57,897 bases of DNA from a virus. Lineage: Duplodnaviria; Caudoviricetes. The DNA lies in the IMG/VR virus record IMGVR_UViG_3300027985_001099, positions 1 to 57,897 of that record; one strand, 5' to 3'. The position numbers and the translations under genes are program-made. Position 1 is the stretch's first letter, and each line of letters begins with the position of its first letter. A model generated the notes under the pieces. It searched no databases. It saw nothing but the letters and a program-made list of their open reading frames with translations, and was not told the DNA's origin. Positions 38,664 through 46,774 of the stretch are shown in pieces.

Positions 38664-39532
38664 TCGCCCCCTTTATACTCAATCATCAAGTAATCCGGAA
38701 TTTCGGCGGACACAAAGCACGGCCGGCCATAGAATGACTGTTTCCGGATTTTCCATCCGTCTGAATGACGGCCCCCATCTTTCAAGTAATACCCGCCTCC
38801 CATTGACCATTTTTCCCGGTGTTCGTCCATGGCCGCGACTAAGGGCCCGATCTCCGGATGGCGCGTGGCCGCCTTGCGCATTTCTGGAAACAGATCCCTA
38901 GTGTGCCGGGAAAATCCCAGTAGCACAGTCCGGCTTGTTACGTGTCCATAGTAGTCTGACTGTGAGTCTGATCTATCATGCTCGAAATCCGCCACTATGG
39001 CCGCCTTTGCCCATGGGGGCGCAATCGCTGCCACGGCCGTTTGCTGGCTGATCTCGAGCGCCCGCTTTGCCTGTCTATCGGCCTTTGCCTTTTCCTGCTC
39101 TGCCAGTCGGTATGATGCCTCTTTTGCCTCTTTTGCCGCCACGAATTCAGCCGCGGCCTGTTCCATGGCTGCTAGGCCATCGGTGCCGAAATCAATGGAT
39201 TTGGCATAGTCCGCGATCTCCGGTTTCAGGTAGCGGCCCCCCGTGGCGATCAAGGCCTTGATATGATGCGCAAAGCCTATGCACTGATCCGGAGCTAAAT
39301 CCAGGCGGCATCGATACATGTTCCCATCGGACATCCTGACGGAAACCTCTGTTTTTGCGCAGCCGCGGCTTTGCGCCATGGCCACGTCAAAGGTTCGCCG
39401 CTCGAATTCCTCAAAGTCAAAAACTGATCGCCCCCCGTCGAACAGATCCGGCGATTCGCTGAAATGCACGACGACGGAAACCGGCCGCGGCCGTGGCGGC
39501 TCCGGCCGCCGAAATTGCAATACTGTACCCAT
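38660..39532 (-). CDS. Polyvalent-protein-like two-domain protein (LPD25-like N-terminus)
   Basis: V.VHFSES...KT.V......Y..RLDL N-domain; SDSQSDYY...LGFSRHTRDLFPEMRKAA...EHREKWSMG.GYYL C-domain. Confidence 0.6.
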   Translation of the reverse strand: MGTVLQFRRPEPPRPRPVSVVVHFSESPDLFDGGRSVFDFEEFERRTFDVAMAQSRGCAKTEVSVRMSDGNMYRCRLDLAPDQCIGFAHHIKALIATGGRYLKPEIADYAKSIDFGTDGLAAMEQAAAEFVAAKEAKEASYRLAEQEKAKADRQAKRALEISQQTAVAAIAPPWAKAAIVADFEHDRSDSQSDYYGHVTSRTVLLGFSRHTRDLFPEMRKAATRHPEIGPLVAAMDEHREKWSMGGGYYLKDGGRHSDGWKIRKQSFYGRPCFVSAEIPDYLMIEYKGGE

Positions 39533-39534
39533 GG

Positions 39535-39708
39535 TTAACGCCCCCCTTGGTTGCTGGCGGCATAGTTCGCCGCGTTAAAAAAACGCTCAATGTAATCCGC
39601 TGGCAATTTAGCGCCGGCTGCGGTAACGGCCGCCAGCCAGCCAGCCACACAACGGCGCCCGGCTGCGTCGAGGCGGCCGGATTTCAGAAAAGACAGTTTT
39701 TTAGCCAT
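39535..39708 (-). CDS. Hypothetical protein
   Basis: G-rich RBS, operon packing. Confidence 0.5.
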   Translation of the reverse strand: MAKKLSFLKSGRLDAAGRRCVAGWLAAVTAAGAKLPADYIERFFNAANYAASNQGGR

Positions 39709-39880
39709 GGAAACGGCCCCCTTTCGCCAGATGCGCGGCCCTTTCCGCAGACGCCAGCCGGCGGATCCCTTTCTGTGAGCCACGGCGAGCCGGATGTTGC
39801 CCCGCTGTGCTTGTAACGGCGGCCAGCAGGATCAGCAGCACAAGGGCCGCCAGGGCAAAGATCAGCATTACGCTAGACAT
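39701..39880 (-). CDS. Small single-TM protein
   Basis: MSSVMLIFALAALVLLILLAAV followed by basic tail. Confidence 0.5.
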   Translation of the reverse strand: MSSVMLIFALAALVLLILLAAVTSTAGQHPARRGSQKGIRRLASAERAAHLAKGGRFHG

Positions 39881-40316
39881 GCCGGCGCCCCCCGGATACC
39901 GGATAGACAGTGGCCAGCCGCTGGCCTCCGGCGATCGCGTCTTCAATGCCGGCGATCGCGTCTTCTACAAGGGTTTCCTCCGTCCATGATCTGGATTGAA
40001 CCAGCAGCGCCCGCATATCAGACAGCACAACGGCCGCCGGCCGCTGGCTATGCAAGGCGCGATCGATGCATTCCCCAGTAGCGATTGCCGCCTTTGCGTC
40101 ATGACACAAAGCGCCCTCCGGCCCCGTCCAGCCACGAACCGAATCAGCCGCAAAATTCCGCCACTGGCAACGGCTAACCGGATGCGGCCGATCGTCCATT
40201 GTGCTAGCTAAGAAAGCCGCCAGCATTCCGCAAAACATCAAGCCACCGATCAACGCCAGCGGCCATATATCCATCAGGTGAACCTTAGCCATGCAAACGC
40301 CAGTGACCATATCCAT
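39873..40316 (-). CDS. Membrane-anchored hypothetical protein, first gene of leftward arm
   Basis: TM segment; GAGGGGGG RBS; downstream of predicted promoter. Confidence 0.55.
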   Translation of the reverse strand: MDMVTGVCMAKVHLMDIWPLALIGGLMFCGMLAAFLASTMDDRPHPVSRCQWRNFAADSVRGWTGPEGALCHDAKAAIATGECIDRALHSQRPAAVVLSDMRALLVQSRSWTEETLVEDAIAGIEDAIAGGQRLATVYPVSGGRRHV

Positions 40317-40356
40317 AACGCCCCCTCGATAACCACTAAAAAAAGCCTACATGTAA

Positions 40357-40384
40357 AGCGTAGCCAAGGGCCCCACTATATCAA
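40357..40384 (-). promoter_or_regulatory. Sigma70-like promoter for leftward arm
   Basis: TTGATA-N16-TACGCT on the minus strand with an upstream T-rich tract. Confidence 0.5.
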
Positions 40385-40475
40385 GCAAAACGTCGAAAAA
40401 ACACTAAAAACACGCCCCTTTTTTCACACTTCTATATAGGCGCCTCGAGCTGCAGCCAGGGCAACGGCCAAAAAT

Positions 40476-40522
40476 CAGAAAACATTCCCAGAAAACATTC
40501 TCAGAAAACATTCCCAGAAAAC
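40476..40522. repeat. 13-bp tandem repeat CAGAAAACATTC(C/T)
   Basis: About 3.6 copies in the divergent intergenic region. Confidence 0.85.
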
Positions 40523-40784
40523 GTTTTCTGAAAACGGCGCACGCTTGATGGGCGCACGATTTTCATAACCTGGCCCCCTACCCCCTGGCTTCGGCTCCTG
40601 GCTTCGGCTCCTGGCCACCAGGGCTGGCGCACGCCCGGCTATTTACCTGGGGGCGGCTTGCTTACCTCGCTACTTCGATAGGTTTTCGTAGCGGGAAATC
40701 CAACGGCCGCCGGCAGGCACCGACCCTAGGGCCGCTTACCTCGGAACCCTGCCAGGTTCAAAATTTTTCCGACCAGACTCGGAA

Positions 40785-40798
40785 TTGACCTAGGTCAA
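40785..40798. promoter_or_regulatory. Perfect palindrome TTGACCTAGGTCAA, candidate operator
   Basis: 14-bp palindrome upstream of the rightward arm. Confidence 0.4.
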
Positions 40799-40918
40799 AT
40801 ACTCAATCGTTACATCGTCAACCCGTCAGATTTCACACTTACAATTGGGCAAAAAATGTTGCATGATTCTACGCAACGTGTAATCTCGAATCGTCAACAC
40901 AGGGAATGGTAGGACATT

Positions 40919-41263
40919 ATGGCTATCCTCGTTACCTCGCAGACCCACCAGGTTTCAGATACAGCAGCCCTCCGGCATCCGGTACCCGAGGCCACAACCG
41001 CAGTCGCCGAACACCCTTCGTACCTGATGGCCAGTCCCGCACTTGGGAGCTTTGTACTCGCCGGCGCGGGCTTCCTACAGTTCGCCGTGGCCTTCGCCTT
41101 GGTGGGCATCACCTTACGCTCCTGGCACCAGCTGGACGGGTCCCGCCAATCGTGGCTACCCCACAACCGTCTTGTGACGACGATTCTGTTAGCGGGTATT
41201 GGTACCCTGCTGCAGGTAGCCGGGCTTCTGGTGTTGGTGTTATCGTCAAAAGGGCTTGGGTAA
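40919..41263 (+). CDS. Two-TM membrane protein
   Basis: AGGA RBS; two long hydrophobic segments. Confidence 0.55.
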   Translation: MAILVTSQTHQVSDTAALRHPVPEATTAVAEHPSYLMASPALGSFVLAGAGFLQFAVAFALVGITLRSWHQLDGSRQSWLPHNRLVTTILLAGIGTLLQVAGLLVLVLSSKGLG

Positions 41264-41290
41264 ACATGAACGCGAGACACGGAGGTCGAC

Positions 41291-41734
41291 TTGACATACA
41301 AACCGGACTACTTCGCCAGGGCCCCGAAGTGGGCAACGCTGGCACTAGCCCCCAAGGCGAACGGGGATCGGACTGGAACAGAGCCTATCGTGTACGCCAT
41401 GTGTACTCGGGCCGGCGCCTGGGTCAGCCCAGAAGGCCCGGCGTACAACCCTGCGGATTGGGTGGTGGTGGCTTTTCGGCTCCCATCGATTTTTTCAACG
41501 GATCATGGTCCGAAAAACACCCCGGAGGTTCCTGGCGAATTTCAGGACGAATCGGTCAACGACATCTGGTGCCCGTTGTTGTGGGCCTGCCTGCTGTACT
41601 CGAATATCTGGTTGATTGCGTACGGAGCCCTGACCGGAGAAAAGTTGTTTTACTGGTTAGGCGTGCCACTAGCCGCGGTGTCCGCCTCTGGGTTGGTCAA
41701 ATACTTGATTAGCGTTATCCGCGGCGAGAGATAG
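41291..41734 (+). CDS. Hypothetical protein with C-terminal TM segments
   Basis: GGAGG RBS before TTG; APKWAT motif; two TM segments. Confidence 0.6.
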   Translation: MTYKPDYFARAPKWATLALAPKANGDRTGTEPIVYAMCTRAGAWVSPEGPAYNPADWVVVAFRLPSIFSTDHGPKNTPEVPGEFQDESVNDIWCPLLWACLLYSNIWLIAYGALTGEKLFYWLGVPLAAVSASGLVKYLISVIRGER

Positions 41735-41745
41735 CCAAGCGCAGC

Positions 41746-41790
41746 GATTTTCCCAACGGATTGCCCCTGCGAAAAGGGGCCGGAGGTTCC
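41746..41790 (+). repeat. 45-bp hairpin repeat, copy 1
   Basis: 42/45 identical to 42207-42251. Confidence 0.9.
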
Positions 41791-41803
41791 ACGACACGGA
41801 ACA

Positions 41804-41934
41804 CACAACTGGGATGGCACTCCGCCACACGGCAGCTGAAACCCAAGGGACGACGCCAGCAGGCCACTGGCTAAATGGATTCCCCGAAAAGCTGCAGACG
41901 GGGCGTTGGTTTAAGGAGTGCCATCCCAGTTGTG
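41804..41934. ncRNA. Candidate structured RNA closed by a 20-bp perfect stem
   Basis: CACAACTGGGATGGCACTCC (41804-41823) pairs with 41915-41934; nested GCAGCT/AGCTGC, CCC/GGG and GCCAG/CTGGC stems. Confidence 0.45.
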
Positions 41935-42043
41935 GTAATCGGAAAGCGGCTTGCATCCGCGGTCTTGCCCTCGGGGGTTCCGTCAGACCCTAGCGTGCTA
42001 GGTAACGACCGAAGGCACCACAACACCGACCACAGGAGGGAGC

Positions 42044-42181
42044 ATGGCTTTATTTCTTGTGGTGATCGCATGGCTCACAGGGCTGGGAGCCGTGATTGAC
42101 GACACCGGGGCCGGCACGATAGCCGGTCAGCCGACAAAGGGTGCGGGCGCACTCAAGCCGGCGCACGATTCCAGGTCGTGA
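42044..42181 (+). CDS. 45-aa peptide with hydrophobic N-terminus
   Basis: AGGAGG RBS; MALFLVVIAWLTGLGAV…; below ORF-track cutoff. Confidence 0.45.
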   Translation: MALFLVVIAWLTGLGAVIDDTGAGTIAGQPTKGAGALKPAHDSRS

Positions 42182-42206
42182 AGTTCCAGCCCTCAGTAAT
42201 CCGAGT

Positions 42207-42251
42207 GATTTTCCCAACGGTTTGCCCCTTCGTAAAGGGGCCGGAGGTTCC
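42207..42251 (+). repeat. 45-bp hairpin repeat, copy 2, containing the GGAGG RBS of the next gene
   Basis: Immediately followed by in-frame GTG at 42252. Confidence 0.9.
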
Positions 42252-42560
42252 GTGATCCACATTATTCTACGATTGCCTGACGGCTGTTTGCCGATAACCA
42301 AGCTGGCGATGAACTATTACCGGATAAACGTCGCAGAGGACATAGCCGACGAATTCCGGGGTTACGCAAAGGAAATATTTGGTAAAGACCTCGTTGTTGA
42401 AGCCTCTGACAAATCCGATGGGCCAGACCACCTGTTATCGTTACTTGTGGGTGGTGGGAAGGAATTGCTTGAACGTAAAGATGAGTACTCCGCTTTCGCC
42501 GAGTCGATAAGGCTGTATCTGGAAACGGCTATGAACAAATTAAGGGGGTCCGTACATTGA
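42252..42560 (+). CDS. Hypothetical protein
   Basis: GGAGG-N4-GTG start (alternative ATG 42309). Confidence 0.55.
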   Translation: MIHIILRLPDGCLPITKLAMNYYRINVAEDIADEFRGYAKEIFGKDLVVEASDKSDGPDHLLSLLVGGGKELLERKDEYSAFAESIRLYLETAMNKLRGSVH

Positions 42561-42808
42561 GCAAAGTGTTTGGCATATTTGAACCACTCGGCATAGATGG
42601 CCGCCCAAATGGTACTGCCATCGTAAGCCGGGATTACACCACTGTTCCGCGTATATGGGCAAACGGCCTAAAGGACGTACCCGAGGGCGTTTACCTAGCC
42701 CGGGTATGCCAGCGTAAGCCGGCGCCTTTACTGAAAAGCGTTATGTCGATATATCGGGTCGTGGTGTGGGATGGCGCTAAGCCAGTAATTACTCGTATGG
42801 ATAATTGA
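42557..42808 (+). CDS. Hypothetical protein
   Basis: Overlapping start/stop packing. Confidence 0.5.
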   Translation: MSKVFGIFEPLGIDGRPNGTAIVSRDYTTVPRIWANGLKDVPEGVYLARVCQRKPAPLLKSVMSIYRVVVWDGAKPVITRMDN

Positions 42809-43041
42809 CCACACCTAAGGGGGGTAAGTCCATGGACCCGACATTCACTGTTTGTCACCACATCAAGCGCTGCATTTCCGCCGAGTGGAATTGGCCTGAG
42901 GCTGGATTGCTGGGCCCATTCACCACAACTGCAACATACCGGTGCCTGTCATGCGGGAAACTAATGGTGGAAAACCATTCGGGTTGGTGGACCAAGGAAT
43001 CCTTAACCCACCTAGAAGTAGCGAAACTGGACCCACAGTGA
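42805..43041 (+). CDS. Small Cys/His protein
   Basis: CHH...CLSCG; operon packing. Confidence 0.5.
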   Translation: MTTPKGGKSMDPTFTVCHHIKRCISAEWNWPEAGLLGPFTTTATYRCLSCGKLMVENHSGWWTKESLTHLEVAKLDPQ

Positions 43042-43050
43042 GGCCGCGAA

Positions 43051-43230
43051 ATGGACGTAAAGCACGCCCGCGGTGAGTACCGCATTCTCAGCGCATCTCA
43101 TGATGCCGTGCAAAAAACGCTGAACCAGTGGCAGCACATGTACGATCTGTCGGTACTAAGCTGCTGCCACAATGGCGGAATAACCACAATGACTGTTTAC
43201 CGGAAGCCAATAGGTAAGGACACAGCATGA
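43051..43230 (+). CDS. Hypothetical 59-aa protein
   Basis: GAGG RBS; fills gap with ATGA overlap to next gene. Confidence 0.45.
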   Translation: MDVKHARGEYRILSASHDAVQKTLNQWQHMYDLSVLSCCHNGGITTMTVYRKPIGKDTA

Positions 43231-43451
43231 CCTCCGAACAAAAATACCCAAATATCGATCGGGAATTCGAACACCACGAATTTAAAGACCTGGTAGCCGA
43301 GTTGACCGAGGCACGCAAGGATGTCGCCCGAATTGACTATCTCGAGCGGCAGTTCCAGGTGAATCGTGACTTTTTCGAGGGCGAGGCCCCTGCTACGGTA
43401 CGTGAGGCCTTCGACATTGAAATGGCTAAAGAGGCTTCCGAAAATGGCTGA
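43227..43451 (+). CDS. Hypothetical protein
   Basis: AAGGA RBS; D.ARIDYLE...TVREAFD motif. Confidence 0.55.
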   Translation: MTSEQKYPNIDREFEHHEFKDLVAELTEARKDVARIDYLERQFQVNRDFFEGEAPATVREAFDIEMAKEASENG

Positions 43452-43659
43452 CACCACCACGATAATTCCGGAGCGCTGGACCAGCCGGAAGTTTGTTGCC
43501 GCTATGGGGTGGGAGGCGGTTTTTGTCGCCCTACTATGGGTGGGCAAACTACCGGTCGAAGCGTTCATCACCCTAACGTTTCTAGCCCTTGGCGGGTACT
43601 TTATGGGCAACCTGGCGCAGAGCTACATCGCCAATATGACCGGAGGGCAACCCAAGTGA
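43444..43659 (+). CDS. Two-TM holin-like membrane protein
   Basis: WTSRKF followed by two TM helices and YFMGN. Confidence 0.55.
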   Translation: MADTTTIIPERWTSRKFVAAMGWEAVFVALLWVGKLPVEAFITLTFLALGGYFMGNLAQSYIANMTGGQPK

Positions 43660-43694
43660 ACCCTGGGCGAAATTAGCATACCCCCGGAGCCAGC

Positions 43695-43892
43695 ATGTCC
43701 TACCCAGCCAGTCAAAAAGCCCTAGTGCGTGAGGTCCAGGCGTATCCCAAAGGCCCCGGAAGTGAAGCCGGGGCTATCGCTTGGCTGGACAAGCACACCC
43801 CACTATGGCGTACCGGGCCGGCACCCGGCACCCGTGACGCCGGAGAAGTTTTTGATGACGAGCAGCTATCCAACTTATCGGAGTTCTTATGA
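43695..43892 (+). CDS. Hypothetical protein
   Basis: GGAG RBS; ATGA overlap. Confidence 0.5.
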   Translation: MSYPASQKALVREVQAYPKGPGSEAGAIAWLDKHTPLWRTGPAPGTRDAGEVFDDEQLSNLSEFL

Positions 43893-44347
43893 ATAAAGTA
43901 ACCCACATGCTGAAGATCCTCCCGAGGTACTTTGAAGCGGTACTGTCCGGGGATAAAACCTTTGAGATCCGAGACAACTCGGACCGAGAATTCCAGACGG
44001 GGGACTTGGTAGTCCTGCGCGAAATGGACATCACAAAAAGCGTATTCCAGTTCACGGGGCGCTCCGTAGAGAAACAGATCACGTACGTCACCAATTTTGC
44101 CCAGAAAGAGAACTACGTGGTGTTCGGCATGGCGGACCCGGAGGCTTGGGAGACGTTCAAGCTTTATAACCGGCGCGACGTGGCCGCGGAGCCCCAAGAA
44201 GACAAGCTGGCTATGGCCCAGGCGCTACGACGAGCTATTGACGAACTGAAAGCCAGCCGGGGCCTGTACACCGGTACCGAGGGTGATCCGGATCGGTTGG
44301 CCCAGATAGACGCAGACATTGAAGTACTCGCTAAATTGCTCGATTAG
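43889..44347 (+). CDS. ASCH/DUF3850-domain protein with pol-derived insert
   Basis: H.LKILP.YF.AV.SGDKTFEIR.N.DR.FQ.GD...L.E...FTGR...ITYV motif, followed by DPEAWETFKLYNRRDVAAE. Confidence 0.8.
   Translation: MNKVTHMLKILPRYFEAVLSGDKTFEIRDNSDREFQTGDLVVLREMDITKSVFQFTGRSVEKQITYVTNFAQKENYVVFGMADPEAWETFKLYNRRDVAAEPQEDKLAMAQALRRAIDELKASRGLYTGTEGDPDRLAQIDADIEVLAKLLD
44135..44192 (+). repeat. 58-bp exact repeat, copy B
   Basis: Identical to reverse complement of 26629-26686. Confidence 0.95.
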
Positions 44348-44355
44348 CCTGAGGT

Positions 44356-44577
44356 GTGGCCATGACATCAAAATTGATCGGGATCAATATTGCGTACGTC
44401 CTGTTCATGACCGTAGCCGCATTTGTGGCCCTGCTTGCCGCGCTGGCGTTCGGGGTCCTGTGGAAAGCCGACGGGGTACGTCACAGCTTCTCCTTGTTCG
44501 GCAAGTACGCCAGGGTCATGACGCTGTACCGTAATTTCTTGTGCGAAAAAACCCGCAGCGAAATAGTGAAATTTTAG
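44356..44577 (+). CDS. Single-TM membrane protein
   Basis: GAGG RBS; hydrophobic N-terminal half. Confidence 0.5.
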   Translation: MAMTSKLIGINIAYVLFMTVAAFVALLAALAFGVLWKADGVRHSFSLFGKYARVMTLYRNFLCEKTRSEIVKF

Positions 44578-44652
44578 TGTTTTAACGCCAATATGCCTTG
44601 CAATCCTCCTGCTATCTACTAGGCTTAGGTTGTACGACAGGGGAGTTACGTC

Positions 44653-44928
44653 ATGGGCATGTTGGGCAACTCGGATTTTTGGTCATACTCTCGGCGCCAC
44701 GGGTTCTGCACCGGGCCAGAGACCATCGCTGATACCCGCCCTAACGCCACTGTATCCGGGCACTGGATCCCAGAGCTGGCGAAACACTCCGCATTTGTAC
44801 ACCGATTCCCCGACCAGCTCGCCAAGCTGAACCGTTACTGGCTGGCGTTTCAGGCCGGGGTTCCCCCAGAAAGCCGAGCTGCTCATAATTTAATCGACAC
44901 GCCGGCCCACCTGGTAGAGTTTTTGTGA
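44653..44928 (+). CDS. Hypothetical protein
   Basis: GGGAG RBS downstream of a TTGCAA-N16-TAGGCT promoter-like element. Confidence 0.45.
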   Translation: MGMLGNSDFWSYSRRHGFCTGPETIADTRPNATVSGHWIPELAKHSAFVHRFPDQLAKLNRYWLAFQAGVPPESRAAHNLIDTPAHLVEFL

Positions 44929-45029
44929 CCGGGATCACGCATTTGGGCCCCGCCGACCGGTACCTTAGGTCAGGCCCAAGTGACAACGCATGGATTGCGG
45001 GGGTCCCTCACGGATATGGGGATAGGCAC

Positions 45030-45278
45030 ATGGAGCACACAGCGGATGACCTTGACCGCGCCGCCAATCTTTCGGCTGAGCGCATCGCTATAGAAATTTT
45101 CCACATCAGACAACGGGCTAACGAGGCAGAGGCAGAGCAAACTGGCCGCTGTCTCTATTGCGGGGCCCCCCTGCTCGGGCGCCGCTGGTGTGACGCCGGT
45201 TGTCGGGACTACTGGCAAGCTGAGAAGGACATGGCTAAGCGCCAAGGTCACCCGGACCGGGAGGACTACGACTCATGA
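45030..45278 (+). CDS. TraR/DksA-like C4 zinc-finger protein
   Basis: ADDLDRA N-helix (D-x-x-D-x-A) and CLYC...WCDAGC. Confidence 0.65.
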   Translation: MEHTADDLDRAANLSAERIAIEIFHIRQRANEAEAEQTGRCLYCGAPLLGRRWCDAGCRDYWQAEKDMAKRQGHPDREDYDS

Positions 45279-45595
45279 CCGAGTACCAAGTCCACGGTGA
45301 CGGGTCCTTGGTAGCCCGGGACCACCATCATCAGAGCCTCACGATCTGTCCACATGCGATAGAGCGCTGGAAAGCCCGATTCAACAGTGATCTTGCCGCC
45401 CTGGCGTACCGGGCCCTTACTGCCGGACGGCTCCGGCAGCGTGAGGCGAAACGTGACCCGTGGGTTAGCGGCCAGGTGGAAAAAGCAGGTCGGACGCGGC
45501 ACTTACGCAAGCACGGCAGCGCCCTGTTCGTCCTGGAAGGCGACATCGTGGTTACTGTCCTCAACGCCCAGCATCGGGAGCGGCAACGTAAATGA
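45275..45595 (+). CDS. Hypothetical protein (HA.ER...VVTV, RelE/DUF4258-like fold possible)
   Basis: PHAIERWKAR...FVLEGDIVVTVL; GGAGG RBS. Confidence 0.55.
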   Translation: MTEYQVHGDGSLVARDHHHQSLTICPHAIERWKARFNSDLAALAYRALTAGRLRQREAKRDPWVSGQVEKAGRTRHLRKHGSALFVLEGDIVVTVLNAQHRERQRK

Positions 45596-45954
45596 CCGAC
45601 GTCATGGACGACGACGACGAATTTCCGGAATACGACCAGGAAACATTAGACGCAGTCTTCGACGTGATGATGACGGCAGAATCGATGGGCCCGGATCAGG
45701 CCATGTCATTTTTGCAGTGCCTTCTCACGTCAGCAGCGGCTACGCTGGCCTGCGCCTGTGCGTATGACCCAGATACGCTAGATGACATCGCTGACGCGGT
45801 AATCGAGTGCCTGTCCGAACCGGGTAGCGAGTCTGAAACCGAGACCATAGAGCCGCAGTACCTTGCCGAGGATGAGCCGAAATTCAGCCCCGAGGTGGTG
45901 GCGGGCATCGACAACGCAGACTTTTTTATCGAGGGCAACGACACATGTCACTGA
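45592..45954 (+). CDS. Highly acidic hypothetical protein
   Basis: D/E-rich throughout; operon packing. Confidence 0.55.
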   Translation: MTDVMDDDDEFPEYDQETLDAVFDVMMTAESMGPDQAMSFLQCLLTSAAATLACACAYDPDTLDDIADAVIECLSEPGSESETETIEPQYLAEDEPKFSPEVVAGIDNADFFIEGNDTCH

Positions 45955-46307
45955 GAGACGCCCTTGCTAACCCGGGCTTTTGCGAATGGGCGCGCCGTCA
46001 AGTCCACGGGGTGTCCATCTTCAAAGGTCCTGACGGAGTGCTATCCGACCCATACCAATTGGTTGACCGGATGACGTTACCGGATGCTGAGTACCTGGCC
46101 AGGTTTTGCCGGCGTAGCTACGCAACCGACCAGGGTCTGATACCGAACGCCAACGCCGCATTAGCGGCACGGGCGGAAATGGCCGCCAGGCTTACTCGAA
46201 TGTGGGCCGCATATCAAGCCGGCACATATGGGCGATTGGAGTACCTAACCGAGGTAATCCACGAGCTCGAAGTGGAACTAACAAATCCTTTATCAGAATT
46301 TATCTGA
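45945..46307 (+). CDS. Hypothetical protein
   Basis: GAGG RBS; operon packing. Confidence 0.5.
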   Translation: MSLRDALANPGFCEWARRQVHGVSIFKGPDGVLSDPYQLVDRMTLPDAEYLARFCRRSYATDQGLIPNANAALAARAEMAARLTRMWAAYQAGTYGRLEYLTEVIHELEVELTNPLSEFI

Positions 46308-46318
46308 GGGCAATACCT

Positions 46319-46525
46319 ATGGATCGATACCTATCAGTCCCGGAAGACCTTGTTTACACACTGCGGGGAACGGTACAAGAGCGCCTGGACCAGATCCAGC
46401 ACACCCGCCGCGTCGAGGGTTCGCACCACGACCATCACGAGGAACGGACCCTTCAGGGCATCGTGATCGTGCTGAACAATATTATGGCCACCCGGCCGAT
46501 GACAAAGGACCAAGGACCAAAGTAA
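46319..46525 (+). CDS. Hypothetical protein
   Basis: GAGG RBS before ATG 46319. Confidence 0.45.
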   Translation: MDRYLSVPEDLVYTLRGTVQERLDQIQHTRRVEGSHHDHHEERTLQGIVIVLNNIMATRPMTKDQGPK

Positions 46526-46582
46526 CCCGCCCCGGAGGCTATGGGGCCCATACGACTTTTACCTGACGCCAAGGAGGCACGC

Positions 46583-46774
46583 ATGAAACGACCATACCAG
46601 GGGGTATCAACGGAAGATATCCAAAAGCGTATCGAGAGCGTCCGCAAGAGCCTCCCGTATGCCGAGGGCCAAGACTACTACACCGAGAAACAGGACTTGT
46701 GCGACATGGAGGTCGAGTTAGTCGTACGACAGGCAGTACCTCTAGAATCACTAACCCGGGGGCCCCATGTCTGA
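46583..46774 (+). CDS. Hypothetical protein
   Basis: AAGGAGG RBS before ATG 46583. Confidence 0.55.
   Translation: MKRPYQGVSTEDIQKRIESVRKSLPYAEGQDYYTEKQDLCDMEVELVVRQAVPLESLTRGPHV

Noticed and set aside
41824-41914. Hammerhead ribozyme, tRNA or retron msr-msd
   Set aside because: CUGANGA core incomplete (CUGAAAC), no T-loop or acceptor stem, and no reverse transcriptase in the genome
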